From contig CAYLOO010000005.1 in assembly GCA_964385355.1 (NCBI GenBank), positions 1,850 through 65,849 on the forward strand: a stretch of 64,000 nt of DNA, read 5' to 3'. Shown one piece after another: positions 48,007 to 58,030 of this stretch (its first letter is position 1; every line of letters begins with the position of its first letter). The DNA is from an uncultured Anaerolineaceae bacterium (GTDB lineage: Bacteria; Chloroflexota; Anaerolineae; Anaerolineales; E44-bin32). The notes beneath the pieces were generated by a model. That model saw only the letters and a list, made by a program, of their open reading frames with translations, was not told where the DNA came from and searched no databases. A program made the translations under genes and the position numbers.

Positions 48007-48893
48007 ATGCAGAGACGAACCCTCGCGATCCTGGCAGGTCTGTTAGCGGTGATCTTCTGGGGGGCATCCTTCGTTGCCATTAAAATCGCCCTTACACAAT
48101 CTCAACCGATCACGCTCATTGTTATTCGCCTGGGAATCGGGCTCTCTGTGTCTTGGTTCCGATCGCCTGGATGCGTGGTGCCCTCGGAGGACTGTCTCAG
48201 AGGGATCACGTCGTTATGATTCTGCTTGGGGTGATCGGTGTCGCCGGACATCAGTGGCTGCAGGCGGAGGGAATGCTCAGCACCGATGCCACCACCGCAT
48301 CATGGCTGTCCGCTCTCGCCCCGGCATTTATGGTGATCTTGGCAGGTTTCTTTCTACGAGAGCGAATTACTCCTGGACAGGTAGCGGGGTTTGGTCTTGT
48401 GCTATTGGGAGCGCTGCTTGTCGCAATGAAGACTGAGGGGTTGGAGATTGGTAAAGGGGATTGGGGCGGTCCTGCGTTGCTCTTGGCTTCGGCGTTCGCA
48501 TGGGCTGCGTATTCCATCGCCGGAAAAGCTGTCGCAGAAAGATGCTCACCCCTTCAGGTTACAGTGTACTCAATGACCTGGGGTTGGCTTTTCAGCCTCA
48601 GCTTACTGTTGATCAATGGAGACTGGACGGAAGTGATCATGTTCCAACCTGAAGTATGGTGGGCGTTGATCTTCCTGGGTTTGGCAAGCACAGGTTTTGC
48701 TTATGCGCTGTATTTCCTTGCGCTTTCAGGAACTCAGGCGACGATAATTGCGGTGCTGAAATACCTCGAGCCGCTGATCACATTGGTTATCGCTATTATC
48801 CTTCTTGGTGAGATTGTTACAATTATGAGTCTACTCGGGGGCGGACTCATACTTTCTGGGGTCGCCTGGGTTGAACGCTCGGGAAGGGTTTAG
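48007..48893 (+). pseudogene. DMT/EamA transporter split by a frameshift near 48140-48150
   Basis: Frame 1 IFWGASFVAIK...IRLGIGLS switches to frame 2 VLVPIAWMR...; the join lies at CTCTCTGTGTCTTGG. Confidence 0.75.
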
Positions 48894-48932
48894 ATCGCTC
48901 GATGTGAGTAAATAAGCTGCGGCGAAGGTTTT

Positions 48933-49922
48933 CTATGGAGACCACGGCCAGAATCCAAACCACCAGACCGCGACGAGCGCCAGAGCGGTGATGAGGATCA
49001 GAATCAAACTGCTGACTGCGGCAGCAAGCAGGCACCCGAATTTTGAGCGAGGCCTTTCTTGATGCCTGCCCTTTGGTGCCGCGAGGATGATCAGTGTGAT
49101 GTTGTCGTGGCCGCCGTGGTCCAGAGCAAGATCCAGAAGGGATTCGGCTGCTTCTTCCACGGGCTTCTCTTTAAGAGCTTGATAGATCTCCAGATCGGTC
49201 ACCATATCGGTGAGACCGTCGGTGCAGAGTAATAAGCGGTCCCCTCGCTTCAGATGCATCCCTTGGTTCGAGATCGCACGGCTGTCATTTTCGCCATCCT
49301 CCAACGGCATGCGAATATCCGGCTCGGGAAGCTGTTTGCCTCCGATGTGCCGTCTGATGACGTGGGCTTGCGGATGATCCTTTGCTTCTTCAGGCGAGAT
49401 AATGTCGTAGTCGATCGCCTCTTGTACCCAGGTGTGGTCGATCGATACCTGGCGTAATCGGCCCTGCCGCAGCAGATAAATTCGGCTGTCCCCAACCGTA
49501 ACAGTATAAAGGCGCGGTCCAACGATGAGAGCAACTGCCACCGTGGATCCCATCCCGGCGAGTCTCTCAGACTCGGCCGCATTTGTCGAGACCACGCGTC
49601 CAGCCTCGATAATCGCCGATTGGAGGCATGGGAGCGGATCACCGCCCTGGAAAGTCGCCACCCCCTGGGTGATCGTTTCCACGGTCAACTGTGCGGCGAT
49701 ATCACCTGCCTGGTGACCGCCGATTCCGTCGGCGACGATCGCCAATAGTGCCGGTGTTCGGTTCTCTTCAACACGGTAAGCCCTCACGATGTAGCGATCT
49801 TCGTTGACGCGCCTTTTCTTCCCCATGTCGGTGCGGGCGGCATAGGTTATGTGGGATTGTTGGTCAGCGATCACGAGTGTTCTTTTCCTCTGGTTCCAAT
49901 GGGGCTTCACCCTTGGATTCAA
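48933..49922 (-). CDS. PP2C (Stp1/PrpC-like) Ser/Thr phosphatase with C-terminal TM
   Basis: TDMGKKRRVNED, VADGIGG, VGDSR, LCTDGL, GGHDNIT; true start probably slightly downstream of 49922. Confidence 0.92.
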   Translation of the reverse strand: MNPRVKPHWNQRKRTLVIADQQSHITYAARTDMGKKRRVNEDRYIVRAYRVEENRTPALLAIVADGIGGHQAGDIAAQLTVETITQGVATFQGGDPLPCLQSAIIEAGRVVSTNAAESERLAGMGSTVAVALIVGPRLYTVTVGDSRIYLLRQGRLRQVSIDHTWVQEAIDYDIISPEEAKDHPQAHVIRRHIGGKQLPEPDIRMPLEDGENDSRAISNQGMHLKRGDRLLLCTDGLTDMVTDLEIYQALKEKPVEEAAESLLDLALDHGGHDNITLIILAAPKGRHQERPRSKFGCLLAAAVSSLILILITALALVAVWWFGFWPWSP

Positions 49923-51753
49923 GTTTACAAACGTGGATTATACGACGGTGAGGGGTATTTGGCCGGACGAATTGGAAAAAAGCGCGCCCAAAGTGTATAC
50001 GATCACCATCCGATAAGAGCAGCCCCTCTTTAGGTAATTCTTCGTAGTTCACCCAGGTGCCGGCGACGGAACCTTGATCTCTGAGTAAATAGCCGCCATC
50101 AACTTGACGGATGAGGCGGGCGTGCATTCTGTCGACAGAGGGATCTTCCAACGGCACGGCAGTGAGCGAGGGATCGCTTCCGATGAAAATGTCCATCCCA
50201 ATCAATGGGATGCTCTCGCCGGTTGTGGTATAGGGTCCCAGTGGGTGGAGGAAAGCCTCCGCGGGCTCATCAGGGAGATCGCGCCGCAATGAAGCTCTCC
50301 GATACGCGGTTACCGAAGCCCCCTGGGACTCGGCTTCAACCGTCTTTTGAGGTCGTCGGCCGTACGTAAGCAGGACAGCTGCCGTGATGGTGCCGATGAG
50401 CAAGACTCCGACGGCCAGGAGAAGTGAGCCCAATGCAGGCCGAATCGCCACGAGACCGCGCGGGGGCAATTCAACTTCCAGTCGGACTCTGTGGATATCT
50501 GACGCGCTATCCTGCCCGAAGGAATCTACGACGAAAACCTGAATTGTGTGCTCCTCGGATTGGAGCAAGGGTCGAAGATCCCAGACCAGATGCTCGTAAG
50601 GAGGCGCTTCGCTTTGATATACAACGACGCCGTCGACGAGCAGCTGGCTTAGTGTGAGTTCGCGCGGAAAACCATCAGGGAAGGTCTTTGCGAATTCCAA
50701 TTCGATGGATGTAGGTTGAATTTCGTCAAGCGGGGTGGATGGATCATCGGAGCTACGAAAGATCTCTTGAGGTGGTTGGAGCAATGTGATTTCTGGAGGT
50801 TGAATCTCTATGACGAAATTCCTGACGGCGGAGGCTGCCTCGGTATCGTCGAGAATAAGCTGAACCTTGATTTCATGAGGTCCGGAGTCAATGATTTGAG
50901 ATGTATAGTTGAGAGAGTATTGAGTCTGCTGGCTGATGACCAGGTCGATCAAACGATCGAGTCCTTCATCATCGGTAAACAGTATAACTTGGCCTCCCGT
51001 CTCCTCGGCGATCTGTTTAAGAATAGCAGCTTCGGGCTGATCTAGAACATCTTCTTCCCCCAATATTACTGGGAAGATCGCCGTCTGATTACTGTGAGCG
51101 CGGGTGATGATATTCATCACGGTGATTTCTTTGGGCGGCTTCGGCAATGCAGTGAAAAAAACCAGGTAACTCGGCATTCCGATATTCGGCGGCCTGTCCG
51201 CGGTGAAATCCAGCGCTTGGAAGATAAACTCGTAGCCGGTCTCATCGTCGGGGAAGGTTGGCTGATGATGATCCAGCGCGGTTGCAAGATCGACCGCTGC
51301 TCTACTGTGGCTTTGAAGCGTGCCATCAATCGCGATCAGGCTCAGGTCATCAACACCTACCCGATTGAATTCGGGGCGCCTCCACCAATCCAACAATGCT
51401 TGTCGGGTGAGGTCGAAGCGTGAATATCCCAGGGTGTCTCGGATGCGAAGCCCGAAGTTTGTGTTCAATGCGAAGACGATTCTGCTTCCTACCATAGTTT
51501 CTTCGACCTTGATATCGCTCGCCTCTGCATTCTCTTCGAGGATACGGAAATTGTCGGACGTTAAGCCGAGGAGTCGATATCCCCTATCATCTGTCAGTTG
51601 GGCGTAGAGCGAGATATCCGGGAAGGACTCGATGTTGAGTTCAGAGAGGCGCAGGCTGATATCCGTTTGCGCCAAAGCGGAAGGGATAAGACCTGCGCTG
51701 AGGAGTGTTAGCAGCAAGAGGATTAATAGGCGTCTGGATGTGGGGATGAGCAT
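49864..51753 (-). CDS. Secreted VWA-like/Ig-like domains, TM and cytoplasmic FHA domain
   Basis: Signal peptide ...PSALAQ; SFPDISLYAQLTD; TM; FHA-like HARL...RDQGSVAGTWVN...GDRIHFG. Confidence 0.8.
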   Translation of the reverse strand: MLIPTSRRLLILLLLTLLSAGLIPSALAQTDISLRLSELNIESFPDISLYAQLTDDRGYRLLGLTSDNFRILEENAEASDIKVEETMVGSRIVFALNTNFGLRIRDTLGYSRFDLTRQALLDWWRRPEFNRVGVDDLSLIAIDGTLQSHSRAAVDLATALDHHQPTFPDDETGYEFIFQALDFTADRPPNIGMPSYLVFFTALPKPPKEITVMNIITRAHSNQTAIFPVILGEEDVLDQPEAAILKQIAEETGGQVILFTDDEGLDRLIDLVISQQTQYSLNYTSQIIDSGPHEIKVQLILDDTEAASAVRNFVIEIQPPEITLLQPPQEIFRSSDDPSTPLDEIQPTSIELEFAKTFPDGFPRELTLSQLLVDGVVVYQSEAPPYEHLVWDLRPLLQSEEHTIQVFVVDSFGQDSASDIHRVRLEVELPPRGLVAIRPALGSLLLAVGVLLIGTITAAVLLTYGRRPQKTVEAESQGASVTAYRRASLRRDLPDEPAEAFLHPLGPYTTTGESIPLIGMDIFIGSDPSLTAVPLEDPSVDRMHARLIRQVDGGYLLRDQGSVAGTWVNYEELPKEGLLLSDGDRIHFGRAFFQFVRPNTPHRRIIHVCKLESKGEAPLEPEEKNTRDR

Positions 51754-51880
51754 GGGGTCATTGTAGCACGCCGGTGGTTATTCGATATTTTGGGACTTTT
51801 CAATTAGTTTGCAGATGACCCACAACCGCTGCTTCCGATTGTATGATGATTGTAGATCGGACTGGAAAGAGTGTGCGGAC

Positions 51881-52060
51881 ATGTCATATCCCAAGATGCG
51901 TGACTTGCGGTTTCCAGATCTTGGTAACCTTCGAGAAACCACGCAGTGGAAGGCGAATCTGCCTGAGCGATTGGTCCGTGTAATTCTCTGCGCTGGATTT
52001 ATCGCAGTCGTGGTAGTTGAGGTTTCGCTGCTAATCCAAGCCTTGAAACTCTTTGCCTGA
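51881..52060 (+). CDS. Small hypothetical membrane protein
   Basis: MSYPKMRDLRFPDL...; one C-terminal hydrophobic helix; start uncertain. Confidence 0.45.
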   Translation: MSYPKMRDLRFPDLGNLRETTQWKANLPERLVRVILCAGFIAVVVVEVSLLIQALKLFA

Positions 52061-52230
52061 CATACATAGCTCTAACAAGTCACATCCTACTCGTGCAAGG
52101 TCCAGAGTCGCGACTTATGTGGAGTGCGGAAGCTCTGTTTCCGGTCGCAGGCGCAGCCTGTGCATTAAGACACGAGGGGAAGAGAACGGGCTGACATGTG
52201 AGCCAACCTCTGCGATTATATTATCTCGGT

Positions 52231-53802
52231 TTATTCCCACTCGATCGTCGCCGGCGGCTTGCTGCTGATGTCGTAGACCACCCGGTTGACCCCATCAACT
52301 TCGTTGACGATACGTGTGCTGATCTGGGCGAGAACAGGAGCCGGTATTCGGGCCCAGTCAGCGGTCATGAAATCATCCGTTGTCACGGCACGAACCGCGA
52401 TGGTCTCGGCATAGGTGCGCTGATCTCCCATGACACCAACAGAGCGGATGGGCAACAGCACAGCGAAAGCCTGTGAAATACGCTCGGTTCCGGCAGGCGA
52501 TTTTTTAGTTTCTGTGTAGGGGCCCACCATTAAGTTCGCCGCATTCAATTCTTCGATGACGATGCGGTCGGACTGGCGAATCCGGTCTAAGCGTTCCATA
52601 GTGACTTGCCCGAGGCAGCGTACGGCGAGGCCTGGGCCCGGGAAAGGCTGGCGATAGATGGCATTCTCGGGGAGTCCGATCTCCAAGCCGACGGCGCGCA
52701 CTTCATCTTTAAATAGGTAGCGAAGCGGTTCGACCAGCTCAAGCGCGAGGTCCTCGGGCAACCCACCCACATTATGATGCGTTTTAATTCGCTCAGCTGC
52801 CCGACGGTCAGGTCCGCTTGATTCAACCACGTCGGGGTAGATTGTCCCCTGGACCAAGAAATCCGCATCACCGAATTCTCGAGCTTCCTCCTCGAAGACG
52901 CGGATGAACTTCTCGCCAATTCTCCGGCGCTTTTCTTCTGGGTCGGTCACTGAATCGAGCGCATCGAGGAAGGTTTCGGTGGCGTCGATGGATTTCAGTT
53001 TGGCGCCGAGGACGTCGACAAATGTCTCAGCTACCTGTTCGGGTTCACCGTGACGCATAAGGCCGTTATTGACGAATATACACTGCAGGCGGTCGCCAAT
53101 CGCCCGGTGAACCAGGGCGGCGGCGACGTAGGAATCCACGCCTCCACTGACACCAGCGATGGCTTTTCCATCCCCGATTTGCTGACGGATCTGACGAATC
53201 GCATCCTTGGCGATGGATGCCGGCATCCACCCGGGTTTTGCCTTGCAAATGTCCACAACGAAGGTGCGCAGGATCTCGTGACCTTCAGGGGTGTGCTGAA
53301 CTTCAGGGTGGAATTGGATACCGTAACGATGGTTGGTGCTGTCGCCCATTGCTGCAATTGGCGAATTCTCTGAACGGGCGAAGATATCGAAGCCGGGCGG
53401 TGGGACTTCGATCCGGTCTCCGTGAGACATCCACACCTGCTGGCGGTTTGTTTGGAGAAGCGGATTCTCCTGGGTGATATCGATCTCGGCCGGACCGTAT
53501 TCTCTCTGGACTGCAGGAGCGACCTTTCCTCCTAAGATATGTGTCAGCGCCTGCATCCCATAACAGATTCCAAGGATGGGGAGACCACTCTCGAGGACAT
53601 ATGCAGGGATCTGAGGGGCATCAGGTTCGTATATTGAGGATGGTCCTCCTGAGATGATGAAGCCGAGAGGATTGTGAGTGAGAACTTCCTGTTCCGGTGT
53701 ATCGTACGGGTAGAGTTCGCAATATACATGGGATTCGCGAACCCGCCTTGCGATCAATTGAGCGTACTGTGATCCGAAATCCAGAACCGCGATCGTGTCC
53801 AT
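52231..53802 (-). CDS. guaA: GMP synthase (glutamine-hydrolysing)
   Basis: LDFGSQY, GICYGMQ, QFHPEV, SGGVDS, IKTHHNVGG, KPPATIEWE. Confidence 0.98.
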   Translation of the reverse strand: MDTIAVLDFGSQYAQLIARRVRESHVYCELYPYDTPEQEVLTHNPLGFIISGGPSSIYEPDAPQIPAYVLESGLPILGICYGMQALTHILGGKVAPAVQREYGPAEIDITQENPLLQTNRQQVWMSHGDRIEVPPPGFDIFARSENSPIAAMGDSTNHRYGIQFHPEVQHTPEGHEILRTFVVDICKAKPGWMPASIAKDAIRQIRQQIGDGKAIAGVSGGVDSYVAAALVHRAIGDRLQCIFVNNGLMRHGEPEQVAETFVDVLGAKLKSIDATETFLDALDSVTDPEEKRRRIGEKFIRVFEEEAREFGDADFLVQGTIYPDVVESSGPDRRAAERIKTHHNVGGLPEDLALELVEPLRYLFKDEVRAVGLEIGLPENAIYRQPFPGPGLAVRCLGQVTMERLDRIRQSDRIVIEELNAANLMVGPYTETKKSPAGTERISQAFAVLLPIRSVGVMGDQRTYAETIAVRAVTTDDFMTADWARIPAPVLAQISTRIVNEVDGVNRVVYDISSKPPATIEWE

Positions 53803-53809
53803 TTGGTTG

Positions 53810-54382
53810 TTAGTCTTCGAACACGATCTTGCCATCACTCATATCAACTACAACAGCAAGAGCTTCAATCGGGACATTCAAGTGGGCAAGGACATCGCGT
53901 CCACCCTCAAAGCGTTTCTCGATCAGCGCCCCGATCCCTACGATTTCAGCGCCGGCAGTTTGCGCGAGTCGCACCAAGCCCATGATTGTCTGGCCTGTGG
54001 CGAGGAAGTCGTCGATGATCAGGACTTGCTCCCCGCCGCCGAGATATTCAGGTGAGACGATCAACTCAACCGTCCGACCTTTGGTATGCGATGGCGTGAG
54101 GGTCAGGAAGACCTGGTCTGGCATCGTGATCGGTTTGCTCTTGCGAGCGTAAACGACGGGTAGATCCAAATGAAGTGCAGTGGTTAGCGCAGGGGCAATA
54201 CCGGATATCTCTGCGGTGAGAACTTTCGTTGCCCCTACATTCTTGAAGCGTTTTGCCAGCTCCTGCCCGCACACCTCCATGAGTACAGGGTCCACCTGAT
54301 GGTTGATAAAACCATCGACTTTCAGAATACCTCCACCGAGATTCTGTCCTTCTGAGAGGATCCTTTGTACTAATATATCCAT
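53810..54382 (-). CDS. xpt: Xanthine phosphoribosyltransferase
   Basis: LKVDGFINHQVDP, TAEISGI, IIDDFLATG, GALIEK. Confidence 0.95.
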   Translation of the reverse strand: MDILVQRILSEGQNLGGGILKVDGFINHQVDPVLMEVCGQELAKRFKNVGATKVLTAEISGIAPALTTALHLDLPVVYARKSKPITMPDQVFLTLTPSHTKGRTVELIVSPEYLGGGEQVLIIDDFLATGQTIMGLVRLAQTAGAEIVGIGALIEKRFEGGRDVLAHLNVPIEALAVVVDMSDGKIVFED

Positions 54383-54496
54383 TTAGATTCACCCCGTTAA
54401 CATGTGGTTCGGAGCATTGTACAACCAGACGACGGGGATGCAAATGTGTTGATCGATAGGATGATTTCTAATGAGGGAAAGTGGAAGTTTCTACGC

Positions 54497-54539
54497 TTGA
54501 CATAGAACGTATGTTCCGTTATTATAAGAACAAGTGTGC
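54497..54539 (+). promoter_or_regulatory. lexA promoter TTGACA-N17-TATTAT with LexA boxes
   Basis: GAAC-GTAT-GTTC (54505-54516) between -35 and -10; degenerate GAAC-AAGT-GTGC at 54528-54539. Confidence 0.85.
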
Positions 54540-54602
54540 GATGTTTTCGATGGGGGTTGATTGAATTCCTGGTGCGGCAACAAGCCACACAGAGGAGGAA
54601 TT

Positions 54603-55262
54603 ATGGCGAAGGGAAAATTAACGGACCGCCAACAGCGGATTCTGGATTTTATCCAAGACTTCAACACGGATAATGGTTATCCCCCATCCATCCGACAAAT
54701 TGGGGCGTCTGTGGGAATCTCATCAACATCCGTTGTTAATTACAATCTTAATCGATTGGTTGAAGAGGGATACCTGGATCGCGATCAGAACGTTTCCCGA
54801 GGAATCCGCCTCACCGACAAGCTGCTAAAGGCGACGGGCAAACTGGGCGATGTCATCCGTATCCCGATGGTAGGCCGTATCTTCGCCAGCGAACCCGTGC
54901 ATCTACCCAGCACGGATTCGCCCATGTTTGGTGCGGACGAGGCGATCGAGATCACGCGTGACATGCTCAGCACCACAGATGAAGTCTTCGCACTTGAAGT
55001 CAAGGGTGACTCCATGATCGATGCCATGGTCAGTGATGGTGATATTGTGGTGATGAAACGCGATTACCATTGGCGCAATGGCGATATGGTGGCGGTGTGG
55101 CTGAGGGATCTCGAAGAGACGACGCTAAAATACATTTATCATGAGGGGAATACGATCCGGCTGCAGCCTGCGAATCCCACGATGGACTCGATCATCATTC
55201 AGGATCCTAAGCATCTCGAGGTCCAGGGGAAAGTGATGCTCGTCTTACGCCAACTCGCGTAA
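54603..55262 (+). CDS. lexA: SOS repressor LexA
   Basis: LTDRQQRIL, GYPPSIRQI, STSVV; catalytic VKGDSM (Ser) and ETTLK (Lys); SD GAGGAGG. Confidence 0.96.
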   Translation: MAKGKLTDRQQRILDFIQDFNTDNGYPPSIRQIGASVGISSTSVVNYNLNRLVEEGYLDRDQNVSRGIRLTDKLLKATGKLGDVIRIPMVGRIFASEPVHLPSTDSPMFGADEAIEITRDMLSTTDEVFALEVKGDSMIDAMVSDGDIVVMKRDYHWRNGDMVAVWLRDLEETTLKYIYHEGNTIRLQPANPTMDSIIIQDPKHLEVQGKVMLVLRQLA

Positions 55263-55316
55263 TCAGTCGATATTGTGACCTGAATTAGTCGCTTCAATTG
55301 CAGTAAGTCTATGGTA

Positions 55317-55353
55317 AGTTCCCCCGAGGCAGATGAATCGGGGGAGCTTTTTC
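55317..55353 (+). terminator. Intrinsic terminator after lexA
   Basis: AGTTCCCCCG / CGGGGGAGCT stem followed by a T run. Confidence 0.75.
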
Positions 55354-56108
55354 TATGGCTGGTTCGCTCTGGCAACGATGATCATCGTCTCGGAGTCTTC
55401 ATCGAGGGGAGAACGATCATAGTCACCGTAGGCCTCGACGACCGTGCAGTTCGCACGATCCAAGTACTCTTGGACCTTATCTTTTGAACGCAAGAAATAT
55501 TTTTGGCGAAGTGTGTAGCGTTGGGTGGATCCATCCGCTAAAAGCTCGTCGTAATGCCAGAGGATCTCCACCTGGTCTTGAGCGGGTCCTTCTATTCGCT
55601 GGGCGTAAACCTGGCACGGTTTTCCGCTTTCAGGTTCAATAAAGCTGGTCAGAGGTTCTCCGGGGTCGACCCCTTTGAAGGGATCGACCGCTGGATTCGG
55701 AATCTCGAAGGCAAGAAGTCCGTCCGGTGCTAATTGTCGGGTGGTGTTGCCAAAGGCAGCAATCAACCCGGGGTCGTCGAATGTAGATAGCGTGTTCATA
55801 GAGGCGATCGCAAGATTGAAACTCACGTCGAATGTGAAAGTCTGGATATCGGCTTGCACGAGGCAGGGTTTCTGTTGGAAGAAGGGGGTGAGGTTCTTCT
55901 GTGCCCGAGCCAACATGTGGCGATCGATGTCGATCCCAATCACGTGATGCCCCTCCTGGATGAGCGCCCGAACGACTCGACCTGTCCCACAGCCAAGTTC
56001 AACAATGGGGCCGCCGTGTTTGGCCGCAAGATGAAGCCATAAGGTGAGATCTTCCCCGAAGGCGCGGTATTGGGCATCGAAATAGCGAGCAAAGGTTACG
56101 TCACCCAT
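55353..56108 (-). CDS. Class I SAM-dependent methyltransferase
   Basis: IVELGCGTGRV, GIDID, QADI. Confidence 0.9.
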   Translation of the reverse strand: MGDVTFARYFDAQYRAFGEDLTLWLHLAAKHGGPIVELGCGTGRVVRALIQEGHHVIGIDIDRHMLARAQKNLTPFFQQKPCLVQADIQTFTFDVSFNLAIASMNTLSTFDDPGLIAAFGNTTRQLAPDGLLAFEIPNPAVDPFKGVDPGEPLTSFIEPESGKPCQVYAQRIEGPAQDQVEILWHYDELLADGSTQRYTLRQKYFLRSKDKVQEYLDRANCTVVEAYGDYDRSPLDEDSETMIIVARANQP

Positions 56109-56173
56109 AATAAGAAGTGTTCTCCGTTCTCTCCTTGACCCCTACAGACGTGAGACTTATACTCTTGCCGTGC

Positions 56174-56246
56174 CGGGGTGTAGCGCAGATGGAAGCGCGC
56201 CGCGTTTGGGACGCGGAGGTCGGCGGTTCAAGTCCGCCCACCCCGA
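56174..56246 (+). tRNA. tRNA-Pro(TGG)
   Basis: CGGGGTG/CACCCCG acceptor stem; anticodon arm CCGCG-TTTGGGA-CGCGG; GGTTCAAGTCC; CCA not encoded. Confidence 0.95.
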
Positions 56247-56298
56247 CTGTTTGTTATCCCGACTGTATTTTACAACCCCTTAGCGATGGGAGGGAACG

Positions 56299-56628
56299 AT
56301 GCGAGGAATTCGCGTCACGAAGGAATCGCGCAAGATAGATGTTGTTCTCGTTGCCGCGAGGTACGCATCTAAGGGAGATCGGGTCAGGGTTGCGAGAGGT
56401 TATATTCGTCGCGGGGCGGTCTGGGGTGACCTGAAACTGCTGCCTCGCAAGGATCTCGTCGAGCGATTAAAGTCAGGCGAGCGAATTGTTGTCGGGGAAT
56501 TTGCGGAGATCCCTGGGAGCTTCCACACAGTCGCGAAGGTGCGATTGACGGAAGGGAGCGGGGGTGAAAGACTCGTCGCAGATGGCGTGGATGGGAAGGG
56601 GGACGAGCTTGGATTGCCATTATTTTAA
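56299..56628 (+). CDS. Hypothetical protein (loosely DUF3892-like)
   Basis: SD GGGAGG; IDVVLVAARY...RKDLVERLKSGERIVVG. Confidence 0.7.
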   Translation: MRGIRVTKESRKIDVVLVAARYASKGDRVRVARGYIRRGAVWGDLKLLPRKDLVERLKSGERIVVGEFAEIPGSFHTVAKVRLTEGSGGERLVADGVDGKGDELGLPLF

Positions 56629-56728
56629 ACGGATCAGTGTCACTGATTAGATAATCGTCGGGCGAACTTAGGGGCTGAAATTGGTTAGCTTGACCGGCTC
56701 AGGGGCGAACGGTAGAATCAAATCATGC

Positions 56729-56803
56729 GCGGGCGTCGCCAAGTGGTAAGGCATCAGCCTTCCAAGCTGACATTCACGGGTTCGAATCCCGTCGCCCGCT
56801 CCA
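56729..56803 (+). tRNA. tRNA-Gly(TCC)
   Basis: GCGGGCG/CGCCCGC acceptor stem; TCAGC-CTTCCAA-GCTGA; GGTTCGAATCC; encoded CCA. Confidence 0.97.
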
Positions 56804-56804
56804 T

Positions 56805-56828
56805 ACCGCCTTCGGGCGGTTGTTTTTT
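56805..56828 (+). terminator. Intrinsic terminator after tRNA-Gly
   Basis: ACCGCC-TTCG-GGCGGT followed by TGTTTTTT. Confidence 0.85.
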
Positions 56829-56983
56829 CGTGGAGTGGAAAGTAATGGGTTTTTACCAAATTGATTTTCGTGGCTAAAGTTTTACCGGCAGTGCAGACCG
56901 ACTAAAAAGACCGGAAAGAGTGCATCCTTCAAGTTGTGAATGCATTGAGACCGCGCTATCCTATCTTGGAGGAAGGACACTCC

Positions 56984-57886
56984 ATGAAGAAAGTGCTGAG
57001 CGTCAGCCTGGGCTCTACGACCCGAGATCACTCCACGGAAGCTGAGTTTATGGGGGAGCACTTTTGGCTCAGCCGCCAGGGCACGGACGGCGACTACGAT
57101 CTCTGTGTCCAAATGTACCGCGACAACGACGGCAAGGTGGATGCCTTTGGAGTAGGAGGGACGGAATTCTATCTGTGGGTGAACGGTCGACGCTACTATT
57201 TCCGCGAAGCCAAGCGCATCCGCAAAGCGATCAAGATCTCTAAGGTGGGGGATGGCAACGGCATCAAGCATCTCCTCGCACCGCTAGCGATACAGGCGCT
57301 CCAGGAGCATGGGTATGACCTGCGCGGCAAGAAGGCTCTCAAGACGACAGCCGTCGATCGCTACGGTCTGGCGAAGGCGCTCGTCGATGCAGGCTGTGAT
57401 GTGACCTTCGGCGACTTTATGTTCGCGCTCGATCTGCCGATCCCCATCCGTAGCATCCGCACCGTGCACATCGTGGCGGTCCTGCTCCTACCCATCATGA
57501 CGCAGCTTCCCTTCCGCTGGCTCTATCCCGTGGGCGCGGACCAGGAGAAAGAGCCCTCCAAGAAGTACAGCCGTTTCTACGAGGAGGCGGATATCATCGC
57601 TGGTGACTTCCTGCAGATCTGGTCCAATCTGCCCGACGACTTGAGCGGAAAGATCATCATCACAAACACCACCACGGCTAAGAATGTCGAGGCGCTGCAA
57701 GAGCGTAATCTGCATGTCCTGGTGACGAATACCCCCCGCCTGGAGGGGCGTTCTTTCGGCACGAACGTCATCGAGGCCATGTGCCGCTGTCTGATCGACA
57801 AACCCGATGACCAGATCACCGAGGCGGACTTCAAAGACATCATCGCACGCGTGCCCCTCAAGCCGCAGGTGCACATTCTGAATTAA
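56984..57886 (+). CDS. Uncharacterised protein of the family often labelled 'quinate 5-dehydrogenase'
   Basis: MKKVLSVSLGSTTRDH, DGKVDAFGVGG, GDGNGIK, GRSFGTNVIEA; SD GGAGGAAGG. Confidence 0.75.
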   Translation: MKKVLSVSLGSTTRDHSTEAEFMGEHFWLSRQGTDGDYDLCVQMYRDNDGKVDAFGVGGTEFYLWVNGRRYYFREAKRIRKAIKISKVGDGNGIKHLLAPLAIQALQEHGYDLRGKKALKTTAVDRYGLAKALVDAGCDVTFGDFMFALDLPIPIRSIRTVHIVAVLLLPIMTQLPFRWLYPVGADQEKEPSKKYSRFYEEADIIAGDFLQIWSNLPDDLSGKIIITNTTTAKNVEALQERNLHVLVTNTPRLEGRSFGTNVIEAMCRCLIDKPDDQITEADFKDIIARVPLKPQVHILN

Positions 57887-58030
57887 GTGACACCGTCACT
57901 TGCATGCAAAATGGGCAGGAGCGGCCAGGCCGGTTCTTACCTCATACTTAAAAACTTGATTACCCTGTCGCTAAATAAAATTGATGAAAGACTTCCGACT
58001 TCGGCGGGGGTCTGCTAAAATCATAAACGA

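Noticed and set aside
54383-54480. Purine riboswitch upstream of xpt-guaA
   Set aside because: A TACAAT -10 leaves only about 30 nt of leader, and no riboswitch core is recognisable.
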